DNA of 64,000 nt from Desulfurococcales archaeon. GTDB lineage: Archaea; Thermoproteota; Thermoprotei_A; Sulfolobales; NBVN01. The stretch is taken from the NCBI GenBank assembly GCA_015521325.1, contig WAOK01000002.1:901-64900 (forward strand), given 5' to 3'. Below the pieces are notes generated by a model. It was not told the DNA's origin. It did not search any database and saw nothing but the letters and a program-made list of their open reading frames with translations. Made by a program: the position numbers and the translations under genes. This document shows positions 16,867 through 25,450 of the stretch, piece after piece (within the stretch, counting starts at the first letter, position 1; each line of letters starts with the position of its first letter).

Positions 16867-18138
16867 TTGAGGAGGACTTCTAGGCTTCCAGGCTTCCATA
16901 AGCTACCCATCGAGGAAAGAATACACATAGTAAAGGAATTCGCTGGCCTGAGCGATGAGGACGTGAAGATCTTGACCAAAACCGGTGCCTTGAGTCTCGA
17001 GATAGCTGACAGGATGATAGAGAATGTGATAGGTACAGCAGAGCTACCCCTGGGCATAGCCACGAACTTCCTCATCAACGGCAGGGACTACCTCGTTCCG
17101 ATGGCGATCGAGGAGCCCTCCGTAGTGGCGGCTGCGTCGAATGCCGCTAAAATGTGCCGGGCAGGAGGAGGCATAAGGGCTGTTGCCTCGGAGCAGCTCA
17201 TGATAGCTCAGGTACAGCTGGTGAAGGTTCCCAACCCCTATGCCGCGGCCTTCAAGATCATTGAGAGAAAGAAGGAGCTCCTCGACCTAGCCAACTCAAC
17301 CAACCCAATCCTCATAAAGGTCGGGGGAGGCGCTAGGGATGTTGAGGTAAGGGTTCTTGATTCCCCCATGGGTCCTATGGTCATAGTCCACCTTATCGTC
17401 GACGTGAAGGACGCTATGGGCGCTAACACCGTTAACACCATGGCCGAGGCGGTGGCCCCCCTGATAGAGCAGTGGACTGGTGGGAAGGTCTACCTCAGGA
17501 TACTGAGCAACCTCGCCGACAGGAGAATAGTTAGGGCGTGGTGCAGAGTCCCGAAGGAGGCTATCGGAGGCGAGGACGTCGTAGAGGGCGTGCTCTGGGC
17601 GTGGGCCTTCGCCGCCGCCGACCCCTACAGAGCCGCTACACACAACAAGGGCATAATGAACGGCATCATTGCGGTGGCTCTAGCGACAGGGCAGGACACG
17701 AGGGCGCTGGAGGCAGGGGCCCACGCCTACGCCGCGAGGAGGGGGAGGTACGAGCCCCTTACGGTGTGGGAGAAGGACGAGAACGGCGACCTCCACGGCT
17801 ACATAGAAATACCGATAGCCGTCGGCACCGTAGGCGGGGCCGTCAAGGTCAACCCTGTGGCTAGGGTCGCGCTGAAGATACTCGGAGTAAAGACAGCTAA
17901 GGAGCTGTCGGAGGTCATGGCTGCAGTAGGGCTAGCGCAGAACCTCGCCGCCCTAAGGGCCCTGGCCACCGAGGGGATCCAGAGGGGTCACATGAAGCTC
18001 CACGCGAGGCAGATAGCTATATCCGTTGGGGCCAAGCCAGAAGAGGTTGACAGGGTTGTTGAGGAGATGCTGAAGGAGGGCGTCATAAGAATGGATAAGG
18101 CGAAGGAGATACTGGAGAGGATTAGGAGGGGCGGCTGA
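16867..18138 (+). CDS. hmgA: HMG-CoA reductase, class II
   Basis: Class II signatures: ENVIGTAELPLGIATNFLINGRDYLVPMAIEEPSVVAAAS, DAMGANTVNTM, HNKGIMNGI and TEGIQRGHMKLHAR. These parallel the Pseudomonas mevalonii/Staphylococcus enzymes; the class I TTEGxLVAS motif is absent. Confidence 0.9.
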   Translation: MRRTSRLPGFHKLPIEERIHIVKEFAGLSDEDVKILTKTGALSLEIADRMIENVIGTAELPLGIATNFLINGRDYLVPMAIEEPSVVAAASNAAKMCRAGGGIRAVASEQLMIAQVQLVKVPNPYAAAFKIIERKKELLDLANSTNPILIKVGGGARDVEVRVLDSPMGPMVIVHLIVDVKDAMGANTVNTMAEAVAPLIEQWTGGKVYLRILSNLADRRIVRAWCRVPKEAIGGEDVVEGVLWAWAFAAADPYRAATHNKGIMNGIIAVALATGQDTRALEAGAHAYAARRGRYEPLTVWEKDENGDLHGYIEIPIAVGTVGGAVKVNPVARVALKILGVKTAKELSEVMAAVGLAQNLAALRALATEGIQRGHMKLHARQIAISVGAKPEEVDRVVEEMLKEGVIRMDKAKEILERIRRGG

Positions 18139-18938
18139 TGAGCGAGGTGCTCCGCATCGGCATCCTCCAGCTAGAGGGCACCGCGAGCAAGGAGGAGAAC
18201 CTCTCAAAGATATGGAGGGTCCTAAGCGGGGCTAGGGCTGACCTCATTGTCCTCCCAGAGTACAGCATGGCCCCGCTACCCCTCCTCAACAAGGAGGAGC
18301 TTACTAAGGTGGCTGAGCCCCTTAATGGAACATTCGTCAAGGGACTAGCCAGCATAGCGAGAGATAGAGGAACCAGCATCATCGCTGGAATATATGAGAA
18401 AGTAGGTGACGGTGTCTACAACACTGCCGTCATTATCTCCAGCGATGGCGAGTTAGTGGCTTCGTACAGGAAGGTTCACCTATACGACGCTTACGGCGCC
18501 AGGGAGTCCGACTATTTCCTCAAAGGTGGTGAGCCACCGCCCGTAGTTGATATCGAGGGCTGGAGGGTGTCGGTGGCTATATGCTTCGACCTCAGGTTCC
18601 CGGAGCTCTTCCGCACCGCTGCGCTACGGGGAACCGAGCTATTCGCCGTACCTGCTGCGTGGTTCCGCGGTGACGGGAAGGAGGAGATACTGCATGCCCT
18701 AGCGAAGGTGAGGGCCCACGAGAACGTCGCGTGGCTGGCCCTAGCCGTTCAGTACGGGCCCCACTTCACCGGAAGGTCGGCGCTCATCCACCCCATGGGG
18801 TACGTCGCACTCGACCTGGGCTACGGGGAAAAGTATGTTGAGACCGAAATAAGCAAGGAAGAGCTAGGTAAAGCAAGAGAGGTACTGCCCCTCATGAAGC
18901 TCAGGAGGCCAGAAACCTACCGAGGGGTGTGTGACTGA
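18138..18938 (+). CDS. carbon-nitrogen hydrolase (nitrilase superfamily)
   Basis: Glu-Lys-Cys triad contexts: VLPEYSM, YRKVHLYD, VAICFDLRFPE. The start shares one nucleotide with the hmgA stop (TGATG). Confidence 0.85.
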   Translation: MSEVLRIGILQLEGTASKEENLSKIWRVLSGARADLIVLPEYSMAPLPLLNKEELTKVAEPLNGTFVKGLASIARDRGTSIIAGIYEKVGDGVYNTAVIISSDGELVASYRKVHLYDAYGARESDYFLKGGEPPPVVDIEGWRVSVAICFDLRFPELFRTAALRGTELFAVPAAWFRGDGKEEILHALAKVRAHENVAWLALAVQYGPHFTGRSALIHPMGYVALDLGYGEKYVETEISKEELGKAREVLPLMKLRRPETYRGVCD

Positions 18939-19288
18939 GTCCCCGGCACACACTCACCAACCAAGCCAACTACATCAATGCCTTTTCCTCCACAGTCGAC
19001 CGCCTCGAGAACGCGGAATACTACGTTATCCATCCCATCATCCGGAGATACCTCGACAACGTAGTAGTGCGGCGGCACCACCTCGGCACAGAGGAGGGGC
19101 CTACATTCCTCATCACCAGGCCATACCTTCAGCACCCTTACGGTACCGCCGTCACTAACTTCAGCCATGATTTTCTCACACGCCGTCCCCGCCTTAATGA
19201 CTAGGTAGGCACTGTCGCCGCCCAGCCAACACACCAGTCCCACCCCAAAATCCCCTGAATCCGTGGCCTCCTCGATCCTAATCTTCAC
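18917..19288 (-). CDS. small Cys-rich protein, CRPxLC family member A (unknown function)
   Basis: Clear paralog of 20309..20683: GDEECRPLLC...PPHYYVVEV versus GDEHCRPSLC...PPRGIYYVVRI. Divergent from folP. Confidence 0.5.
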   Translation of the reverse strand: MKIRIEEATDSGDFGVGLVCWLGGDSAYLVIKAGTACEKIMAEVSDGGTVRVLKVWPGDEECRPLLCAEVVPPHYYVVEVSPDDGMDNVVFRVLEAVDCGGKGIDVVGLVGECVPGTQSHTPR

Positions 19289-19326
19289 AAGCTCGCCCAG
19301 TAGTGTGTGACACTACATAATTAGGT

Positions 19327-20253
19327 TTGGAGGTGAATACCGTATCGGTGCGTATCTTGAGCAATGTCATTAAGGCCGTGATTGCGGGCGTGTCCGTCGG
19401 TGACGAAGATCCCGTGAGGGTCATGGGCGTGATCAACGCATCGCCGGAGTCCTTCTATAAGGGCTCCGTGATCACGGAGCCCGAGAGGGCGGCGGTCCTG
19501 GCTGAGGAGATGGTTCGGGAGGGGGCATCATTCATTGATGTCGGCGGTATGTCGACGGCGCCTTACCTAGAAACGTACGTAACACCTGAAGAAGAAGTGG
19601 GTAGGGTCGTACCGATCATTAAGGCGATCAAGGAGAACTCCTCCGTCAAGGTGCCGGTATCGATAGACACGACGAGGGCTTACGTGGCTGAGAAGGCCAT
19701 CGAGGCCGGCGCTGACATAGTTAACGACGTAAGGGGGCTTAAGGAGGACCCGAGGATGGCTAAGGTGGTGGCCGAGTACGGGGTTCCGGTCATAGTTGCG
19801 GCTAACCCTGTTGGCCAGAGGATCGAGGGTAATGACCCAGTAAGGGTGGTCTTAACGGCCCTAGAGGAGTCAATCAGGATTGCGGAGAACGCCGGCGTGG
19901 ACACCGGGAAGATCGTGGTTGACCCCGCCATAGGGTTCATCAGGCCGAAGAACCCGCCGTGGTACGTGTGGGACGCCACAGTCATAGCCAATCTGGACAT
20001 ACTTAGGGCGTTCGGTCTCCCAATACTTATCGGCATATCTAGGAAGTCGTTCCTCAAGGCAATAACTGGTAGGGAGAAACCCGAGGAGAGGCTGGCGGGG
20101 TCGCTGGCAGCGACAGCGATAGCTGTGTGGAACGGTGCCCACATAGTGAGGGCCCATGATGTGAGGGAAACGGTTGACGCCGTAAGGGTGGCGAAGTTCA
20201 TTAGGGATAAGTCAGAGCCAGGCTGGAGCTTCAGTTTCCGGCCGTATGGGTGA
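19327..20253 (+). CDS. folP: dihydropteroate synthase-family (pterin-binding) enzyme
   Basis: VMGVINASPESFY, IDVGGMSTAP, VSIDT, VNDV, DPAIGF, ISRKSF and GAHIVRAHDV are the canonical DHPS motifs. TTG start. Confidence 0.85.
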   Translation: MEVNTVSVRILSNVIKAVIAGVSVGDEDPVRVMGVINASPESFYKGSVITEPERAAVLAEEMVREGASFIDVGGMSTAPYLETYVTPEEEVGRVVPIIKAIKENSSVKVPVSIDTTRAYVAEKAIEAGADIVNDVRGLKEDPRMAKVVAEYGVPVIVAANPVGQRIEGNDPVRVVLTALEESIRIAENAGVDTGKIVVDPAIGFIRPKNPPWYVWDATVIANLDILRAFGLPILIGISRKSFLKAITGREKPEERLAGSLAATAIAVWNGAHIVRAHDVRETVDAVRVAKFIRDKSEPGWSFSFRPYG

Positions 20254-20308
20254 TGAGGTGCTCAACGTATATACCCTATAACGCGTTATTAGAGACGTGG
20301 GTGGGTGA

Positions 20309-20683
20309 TTGCTAGTCGGCGAGTACGTGGACGAGCCCCCTAAACCAGCCCCAGGAAATTACGTCGTTGAGGAGGGAGGTAAGAGGTATCTCATCATTAT
20401 AAGGAGGCGAAGGGATCCCTGCACATTCTTTCGGGTGAGATTCAGCGACCTAGACGGGGACATAGTCGTATACATCGACAGGGTCATTAAGGGAGATGAG
20501 CACTGCCGACCGAGCCTCTGTGGCTTTGAGGGGACGCCCCCCAGGGGCATTTACTACGTGGTGAGGATAGGGGTTGGCGAGGGTGTGAGGAGGGTCGTCA
20601 TTGATGAAAGAGACGTTATTAAGTGCCCCTCCCTCATCAGGTCATACCCTGTCAAGAAGGAGGTAATCGAACTTCCTTCCTGA
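20309..20683 (+). CDS. small Cys-rich protein, CRPxLC family member B (unknown function)
   Basis: Paralog of 18917..19288 (see there). Lies directly between folP and nurA on the same strand. Confidence 0.5.
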   Translation: MLVGEYVDEPPKPAPGNYVVEEGGKRYLIIIRRRRDPCTFFRVRFSDLDGDIVVYIDRVIKGDEHCRPSLCGFEGTPPRGIYYVVRIGVGEGVRRVVIDERDVIKCPSLIRSYPVKKEVIELPS

Positions 20684-20728
20684 TTCTTAAAAGGCCCTAA
20701 ACACTTACCCCACGAGGAATTATCTGAC

Positions 20729-21739
20729 ATGATCACGGAAGTACTAGCCCGCGTAGCGAGGGCCCTATCGAGTGGTGAGGGCATAGCCGCTAGGGCAGGT
20801 ACCCCGCTAGAGCCTGAGGAGTGGCCTGAGCCCGTGATAAAGGTTAGGGAGGTTGACCGGGTAAGGGCCGTTCCAGTGATAGGTGTCGACGCAGCGTCGG
20901 CGACACTAATGGTCGCCGGAGGCGAGCTCGGGATAGCGACCTACGCTGTCGTCGGGCCGGAGATATCGATTACTTACCCCCACACCCACACCCCGCCTTC
21001 TGCCGGGCCCCCGTTCGTGGCCGCTACAGCCGGTGAGGACGGGCCAGGCGTCACGACGAGGTACATTAAGCTGGGGAAGAGATTCGCTGAAGACAAAGAC
21101 CTAGTAATGGGTGTGCCGACCGCCGACGTCAGGATAGGGCTCGAGAACGAGGCTCTTAGGAGGGCTATTGAGAGAGCTGAGGAGGGGTGGCTAGTAGTCG
21201 TTGATGGACCACCATCACATTCACCGAGCGTTGAGGACGTAATGTGGGCAGAGGAGGTCAAGGCGCTTTACGCCGATAGGGCAAGCCTCGTGAGGAAGGC
21301 GTGCTCATTTGGTGTCTCGGTGGCGTTCGTTGTGAAGAGGGTTTGGGGTGTTAACCTCCTTGGGCACAGCCTCGCCGACCACGATGTCCTCGCACTCGCC
21401 CTACGGGATACTGCAGAACCAGCGCTCCTCCTAGGTGAGGCCGAGGCCCTAAGGGCAGGTATCAGGTACGTCATAACCTACGTAGCCGTCAGGCACGCAC
21501 CTTACCGTGGGTACTCAGTATTCAGGGTGGAGGTGCCGGAATGTTCCCCCATGAGCTCGGACCACGTTGCTTCGCTGATGGCGAGATCAGCACTCAGTAG
21601 CGGAGTGCCCGTGCCTGCACCGATTCACAGCGCTGACTACGTGAGTAAGGTCATAGCTAGGTACCTCGCCAGGCAGGCTGAGGCCGCCTTAAGGGTTGCT
21701 GGAGCAGCCCTTATTTACGGGGGTGGTGAGGTTGTTTGA
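20729..21739 (+). CDS. nurA: NurA-like 5'-3' nuclease
   Basis: VIGVDAAS (NurA vaAvDGS-type catalytic Asp), LVVVDGPP (second Asp motif) and the C-terminal PVPAPIHSADYVSKV (P.pl..AD/H..a motif). Immediately upstream of, and overlapping, a HerA-like ATPase. Confidence 0.7.
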   Translation: MITEVLARVARALSSGEGIAARAGTPLEPEEWPEPVIKVREVDRVRAVPVIGVDAASATLMVAGGELGIATYAVVGPEISITYPHTHTPPSAGPPFVAATAGEDGPGVTTRYIKLGKRFAEDKDLVMGVPTADVRIGLENEALRRAIERAEEGWLVVVDGPPSHSPSVEDVMWAEEVKALYADRASLVRKACSFGVSVAFVVKRVWGVNLLGHSLADHDVLALALRDTAEPALLLGEAEALRAGIRYVITYVAVRHAPYRGYSVFRVEVPECSPMSSDHVASLMARSALSSGVPVPAPIHSADYVSKVIARYLARQAEAALRVAGAALIYGGGEVV

Positions 21740-23540
21740 CCTAATAAATGATTTAGCAGATAGACTAGAAAAAGCGAGAAGGATAGCCGAAGGCATAGGC
21801 GAGTTAGTGGGCGTTGTCTCAAGGAGGGCACCGTCATCGGTCAGTGAGGGATACTCGAAGGTATTGGTTGATGTCCCACCTAGCAAATACTATGGAACAG
21901 CATCATCCATAGGTGTCGGGGACGTCCTGATAGCCGTTGATGCCCGGACACTCAAACCCGTGGGGCTGAGGGTTATCTCCATGAGGAGAGAGGACGCTGC
22001 CTCCGAGCTCGGCGCTGCTCCCCCGCCTACCCTCGAGCCGGAGCCCCAAGCACTCCTCACCAACGCCGTCATTGAGGCTGTCACGGTTCTGACGGCTGAC
22101 GGAGATCCGTTCCTATCGCCGATTGAGCCTCAATCACCTGTAGTGATTCCCTCAGATCCTGGTGTGGTTGAGAGGGTCCTCGGTCTCCCTGAGGAGGGCG
22201 TGACGCTTGGGTACCTCCACACGGGGTCACATGCAGTGGCGGGTGGTAGGGTGAGGGTCGCGCTGCCGAGGAGGGAGTTCTTTAAGCACATGCTCATCAT
22301 AGGCACGACGGGCTCAGGTAAGACGACCCTGATCAAGAACCTCCTTTATGCCTTATCGACCGAGTGGCCGGAGGTGATGGTCTCTGTCCTTGATGCTGCA
22401 GGCGATTACACACAGACAGTTATACCTGCTGCTAGGGGTGAGGAGGCAGCTGTCTACTCCCCCGACGCCGCCCCCAGGTGGGTGACGGCCCTCGTCCCTA
22501 TTAGGAGGGGTGATGAGGGCCTCGACAGGCTCGCCCACGAGTACGTTATGGAGAGGGTCGCCGCACCGGCGAAGCTCGTATTCGGGGAGGAGCCCAGGGT
22601 CGAGGTCGACGTCGATGCCGGGAGAGACTTCGGGAGCGCTAGGTCAATAATCGTTAGGGTCATGTTCCCAGATGGTTCCGAGTCCGTTGTCGAGTTCCTG
22701 CCCATAGGGCTCACGTACCAGCAGCTGAGGCCTAACCTCTCGATATTCCCGATATTCTCTAGGCAGGCGAAGATCTACCTCGACAACGTGATCGGGTTCA
22801 TAGAGCATGAGTCCGGCGGGGTTGTTTCGTTCACCCACCTCTATGCCCTGCTGAGGGAGATGGGTGAGAGGATCATCAAGACACTGAAGATCCATAAGAG
22901 AACCCTCGAGAACATCGAGAGGGCACTGAACTTCATAGCATCTGCCGAAGAGGTCGATGTAAGGGTCGGAGACAGTTTCATAGGGATGCCCTATGCCATG
23001 GACCTCGCTAGGAACTATAGGGGGCCCGTGATCCTCGACCTCGACTACGCGGCTGTCAGGGGTGCTCACTACCTCATAACAAACATCATAGCGTACGAGT
23101 ACCTGAGGCGCTTATTCGCCTGGAAGAAGTCAGCGAGGGAGGGTGCCAGGCCAGCCATAGTCGTGCTTGACGAGGCCCACAGGTTCTTCCCTGCCGAGGG
23201 CACATCGGAGGAGGAGGTCGAGGTCCTAGCGGACTTCATAGCCAGGATATCGAGGCTCGGGAGGGCCAGAGGCCTGGGCCTTATTTTCTCTACCCACACG
23301 CCTAGGGACGTGCATAGGGTGGTGATCCAGCTCACCAATACCAAGGTCGTACTGAGGAGTGATAGGGAGTACTTAGAGGACCTGGGGGTGCCGAGAGAGT
23401 TCTTAGGTGTCCTCGAGTTAGCGCCTGATAGGGTAGCGATGCTGAAGACTCCGGCAGTGAGGTCGGGCTACGCGTTCATGAGGACACCGCCGCCGCTCCT
23501 GGGCCACGTTGATGTTGGGAGAATAATCGCTGGTGAGTGA
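21696..23540 (+). CDS. herA: HerA-like (FtsK/HerA superfamily) hexameric ATPase/helicase
   Basis: N-terminal HAS-barrel-like segment (GELVGVVS...VGDVLIAVDA), Walker A (IIGTTGSGKTT) and Walker B (AIVVLDEAHRFF). The true start is probably GTG/TTG near 21723-21732, just after a GGGGGTGGTGAGG SD-like run. Confidence 0.8.
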   Translation: MLEQPLFTGVVRLFDLINDLADRLEKARRIAEGIGELVGVVSRRAPSSVSEGYSKVLVDVPPSKYYGTASSIGVGDVLIAVDARTLKPVGLRVISMRREDAASELGAAPPPTLEPEPQALLTNAVIEAVTVLTADGDPFLSPIEPQSPVVIPSDPGVVERVLGLPEEGVTLGYLHTGSHAVAGGRVRVALPRREFFKHMLIIGTTGSGKTTLIKNLLYALSTEWPEVMVSVLDAAGDYTQTVIPAARGEEAAVYSPDAAPRWVTALVPIRRGDEGLDRLAHEYVMERVAAPAKLVFGEEPRVEVDVDAGRDFGSARSIIVRVMFPDGSESVVEFLPIGLTYQQLRPNLSIFPIFSRQAKIYLDNVIGFIEHESGGVVSFTHLYALLREMGERIIKTLKIHKRTLENIERALNFIASAEEVDVRVGDSFIGMPYAMDLARNYRGPVILDLDYAAVRGAHYLITNIIAYEYLRRLFAWKKSAREGARPAIVVLDEAHRFFPAEGTSEEEVEVLADFIARISRLGRARGLGLIFSTHTPRDVHRVVIQLTNTKVVLRSDREYLEDLGVPREFLGVLELAPDRVAMLKTPAVRSGYAFMRTPPPLLGHVDVGRIIAGE

Positions 23541-23545
23541 GGTTC

Positions 23546-24076
23546 TTACCTCATAGTGCTGGCGAGGGAAAGGAAGTCGTCGACGCCGAGCAACCTAATG
23601 AGTCTCTGGTGATTGAGTGACCTTATCCTCTTTCCAGAGACCAAGAAATGGAATCTGGCGTCCTTCCTCCTGATTTCGGCGAGTGCGTAGGCGGGCATCC
23701 ACGTTATCGGCTCCTCATCCAGGCATAGCATCTCCTTTATTTCCCTGAAGTAATAGGCCCAGCTGAGCTTCTTGGCCTCTCTCGCCTTAGCCTCATCAGC
23801 CTCTACAGCAGCCCTCAAGTCCTGGGGCAAGCACCCAGGGTGCTTGAGCATAAGTGCCTCCACCGGAGGAGCTGACCTCGTGACTACGTCATCTCCCGCC
23901 CTCACGATGAGGACCAGCCAGTGATAATGTACCCCACTTATCTTAGGCAATATACAGTCGACGAGATGGAAGTCCTCCCTGCACCCGAACCTCACCAAGG
24001 AGACGGGGTACCAGACAAGGAGCTTCTCCTTAACCTTCGCCCCGGATGGGTCTATGAACACGGGTTCAGTAATCAT
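23546..24076 (-). CDS. hypothetical protein (orphan)
   Basis: Long ORF that overlaps the upstream orphan by 11 nt and is convergent on herA (6-nt gap). No recognised motif. Confidence 0.45.
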   Translation of the reverse strand: MITEPVFIDPSGAKVKEKLLVWYPVSLVRFGCREDFHLVDCILPKISGVHYHWLVLIVRAGDDVVTRSAPPVEALMLKHPGCLPQDLRAAVEADEAKAREAKKLSWAYYFREIKEMLCLDEEPITWMPAYALAEIRRKDARFHFLVSGKRIRSLNHQRLIRLLGVDDFLSLASTMR

Positions 24077-24854
24077 TGTCGCAACCCTCCGTGAGGGTTA
24101 TGAACAAGGGACGTGTTAAGTCGGCAGGGTCGAGGAACATTACCTTATCACCTTTTCGCTGGGTCAATACATCAATTACTATCTCGGAGTATATACCCAC
24201 ACGGAAGAGCCCGGTGCTGATGGAGTACACAACATCCCCGTCTCTCTCAAGTCTAGCAACAATATCTCTACCCCGAAAAGCATGGGGTTCGAAGAACCAT
24301 AGCCAGAGCCTCTGAACACATACTCTACCCACCCTGACGGGTTCACCGACCATCAATGACCGTGACCTCGTCGAGCCAGGCGCAGGACTCATCCTAGGCT
24401 TACCGCTTGGCTTAGCCCCAGAGATGAGCAACCCTCCCTCGACGGGTACGAGACCAACACATACCTCTAGCTCGAAACCAGGCGTTTCATCAAGGAGCTC
24501 AACGTCCAGTAAGTACTTCCCAGGATTCAGCGATATTACCTTAGCATACTTACTAGTTGAGCACGCGTCCTTACCAATAACGCACTGCTCACCTTCCCAA
24601 ACAATACCATCAGGTGATCTAACAAATACGCGTAGGGCAAGCGCTCTTTCAAGACCCTCTACGCGATCTACTGAAGATGCACCAATAACATAAGCCCCAT
24701 CGAGACGTAGATTACTTGCCTTCTTTGTAATGATTTTCCCACTCTTAATCAGTGCTTGTGTTCCCTCGCACCCCTTCTTCCTCAAGCGGGGGTTATGTAT
24801 GTGATCATCCAATAACTGCACCGATGAAGAAGAGGGGTTTCGAGAAAAAGGCAT
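24066..24854 (-). CDS. hypothetical protein (orphan)
   Basis: Long ORF in a stretch that looks less GC-rich than its neighbours. Ser-rich N-terminus and a beta-rich body. No recognised motif. Confidence 0.45.
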   Translation of the reverse strand: MPFSRNPSSSSVQLLDDHIHNPRLRKKGCEGTQALIKSGKIITKKASNLRLDGAYVIGASSVDRVEGLERALALRVFVRSPDGIVWEGEQCVIGKDACSTSKYAKVISLNPGKYLLDVELLDETPGFELEVCVGLVPVEGGLLISGAKPSGKPRMSPAPGSTRSRSLMVGEPVRVGRVCVQRLWLWFFEPHAFRGRDIVARLERDGDVVYSISTGLFRVGIYSEIVIDVLTQRKGDKVMFLDPADLTRPLFITLTEGCDNDY

Positions 24855-24873
24855 TACGTGAAAATATAGTTTC

Positions 24874-25317
24874 TCACTCCTTTATTACCTCAACCTTGAC
24901 CGGCGTTGGCGACTGGATAGTGTCCTCGATTGGGCAGTGCTTCCTCACGAACTCTATCAGCCTCTTCACGGCCTCCTCAGGTGCGTCGCTCTTAACCTTA
25001 ATGGTAGCGGATACCTCGGTGAAGCCCGGCTTAACGTCCTCGCCCATAAACCCTCTAACGTCTATTAGGCCTGAGACCTCTATCTCCATAGACTTTATGT
25101 CAACGCCAAACCTATTCTTATGTATAGCTGAGACTATGCCTAAGCACCCGGCGAGTGAAGCGAGAAGGAGCTCGGTCGGGGTCGGGCCCTCTCCCGTCCC
25201 GCCTATTGCCTTGGGGAGATCCTGGATGAGCTTTATTCCGCCAACCTCGGCAATGACCTTGGTTGGCGGCTCGTAATGAGCCTTAATAATCATCTTCTTA
25301 GGTTTTAGGGTTGGCAT
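24874..25317 (-). CDS. OsmC/Ohr-family peroxiredoxin-like protein
   Basis: GGTGEGPTPTELLLASLAGCL and a second Cys context (RKHCPI) fit OsmC. I chose ATG 25317 because TTAAATATAT sits about 30 nt upstream on the coding strand. Confidence 0.8.
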   Translation of the reverse strand: MPTLKPKKMIIKAHYEPPTKVIAEVGGIKLIQDLPKAIGGTGEGPTPTELLLASLAGCLGIVSAIHKNRFGVDIKSMEIEVSGLIDVRGFMGEDVKPGFTEVSATIKVKSDAPEEAVKRLIEFVRKHCPIEDTIQSPTPVKVEVIKE

Positions 25318-25450
25318 GTTTATACCCATCATGTATATCGCTTCGATATATTTAAGCATGTAATTACAGTTTCGTGCCTGTTTAAACACATGAAAGCGTC
25401 GAGGGGTAGCTCACACATTAATCCCCCTACGTAGTCCTCTAACGGCGCTG

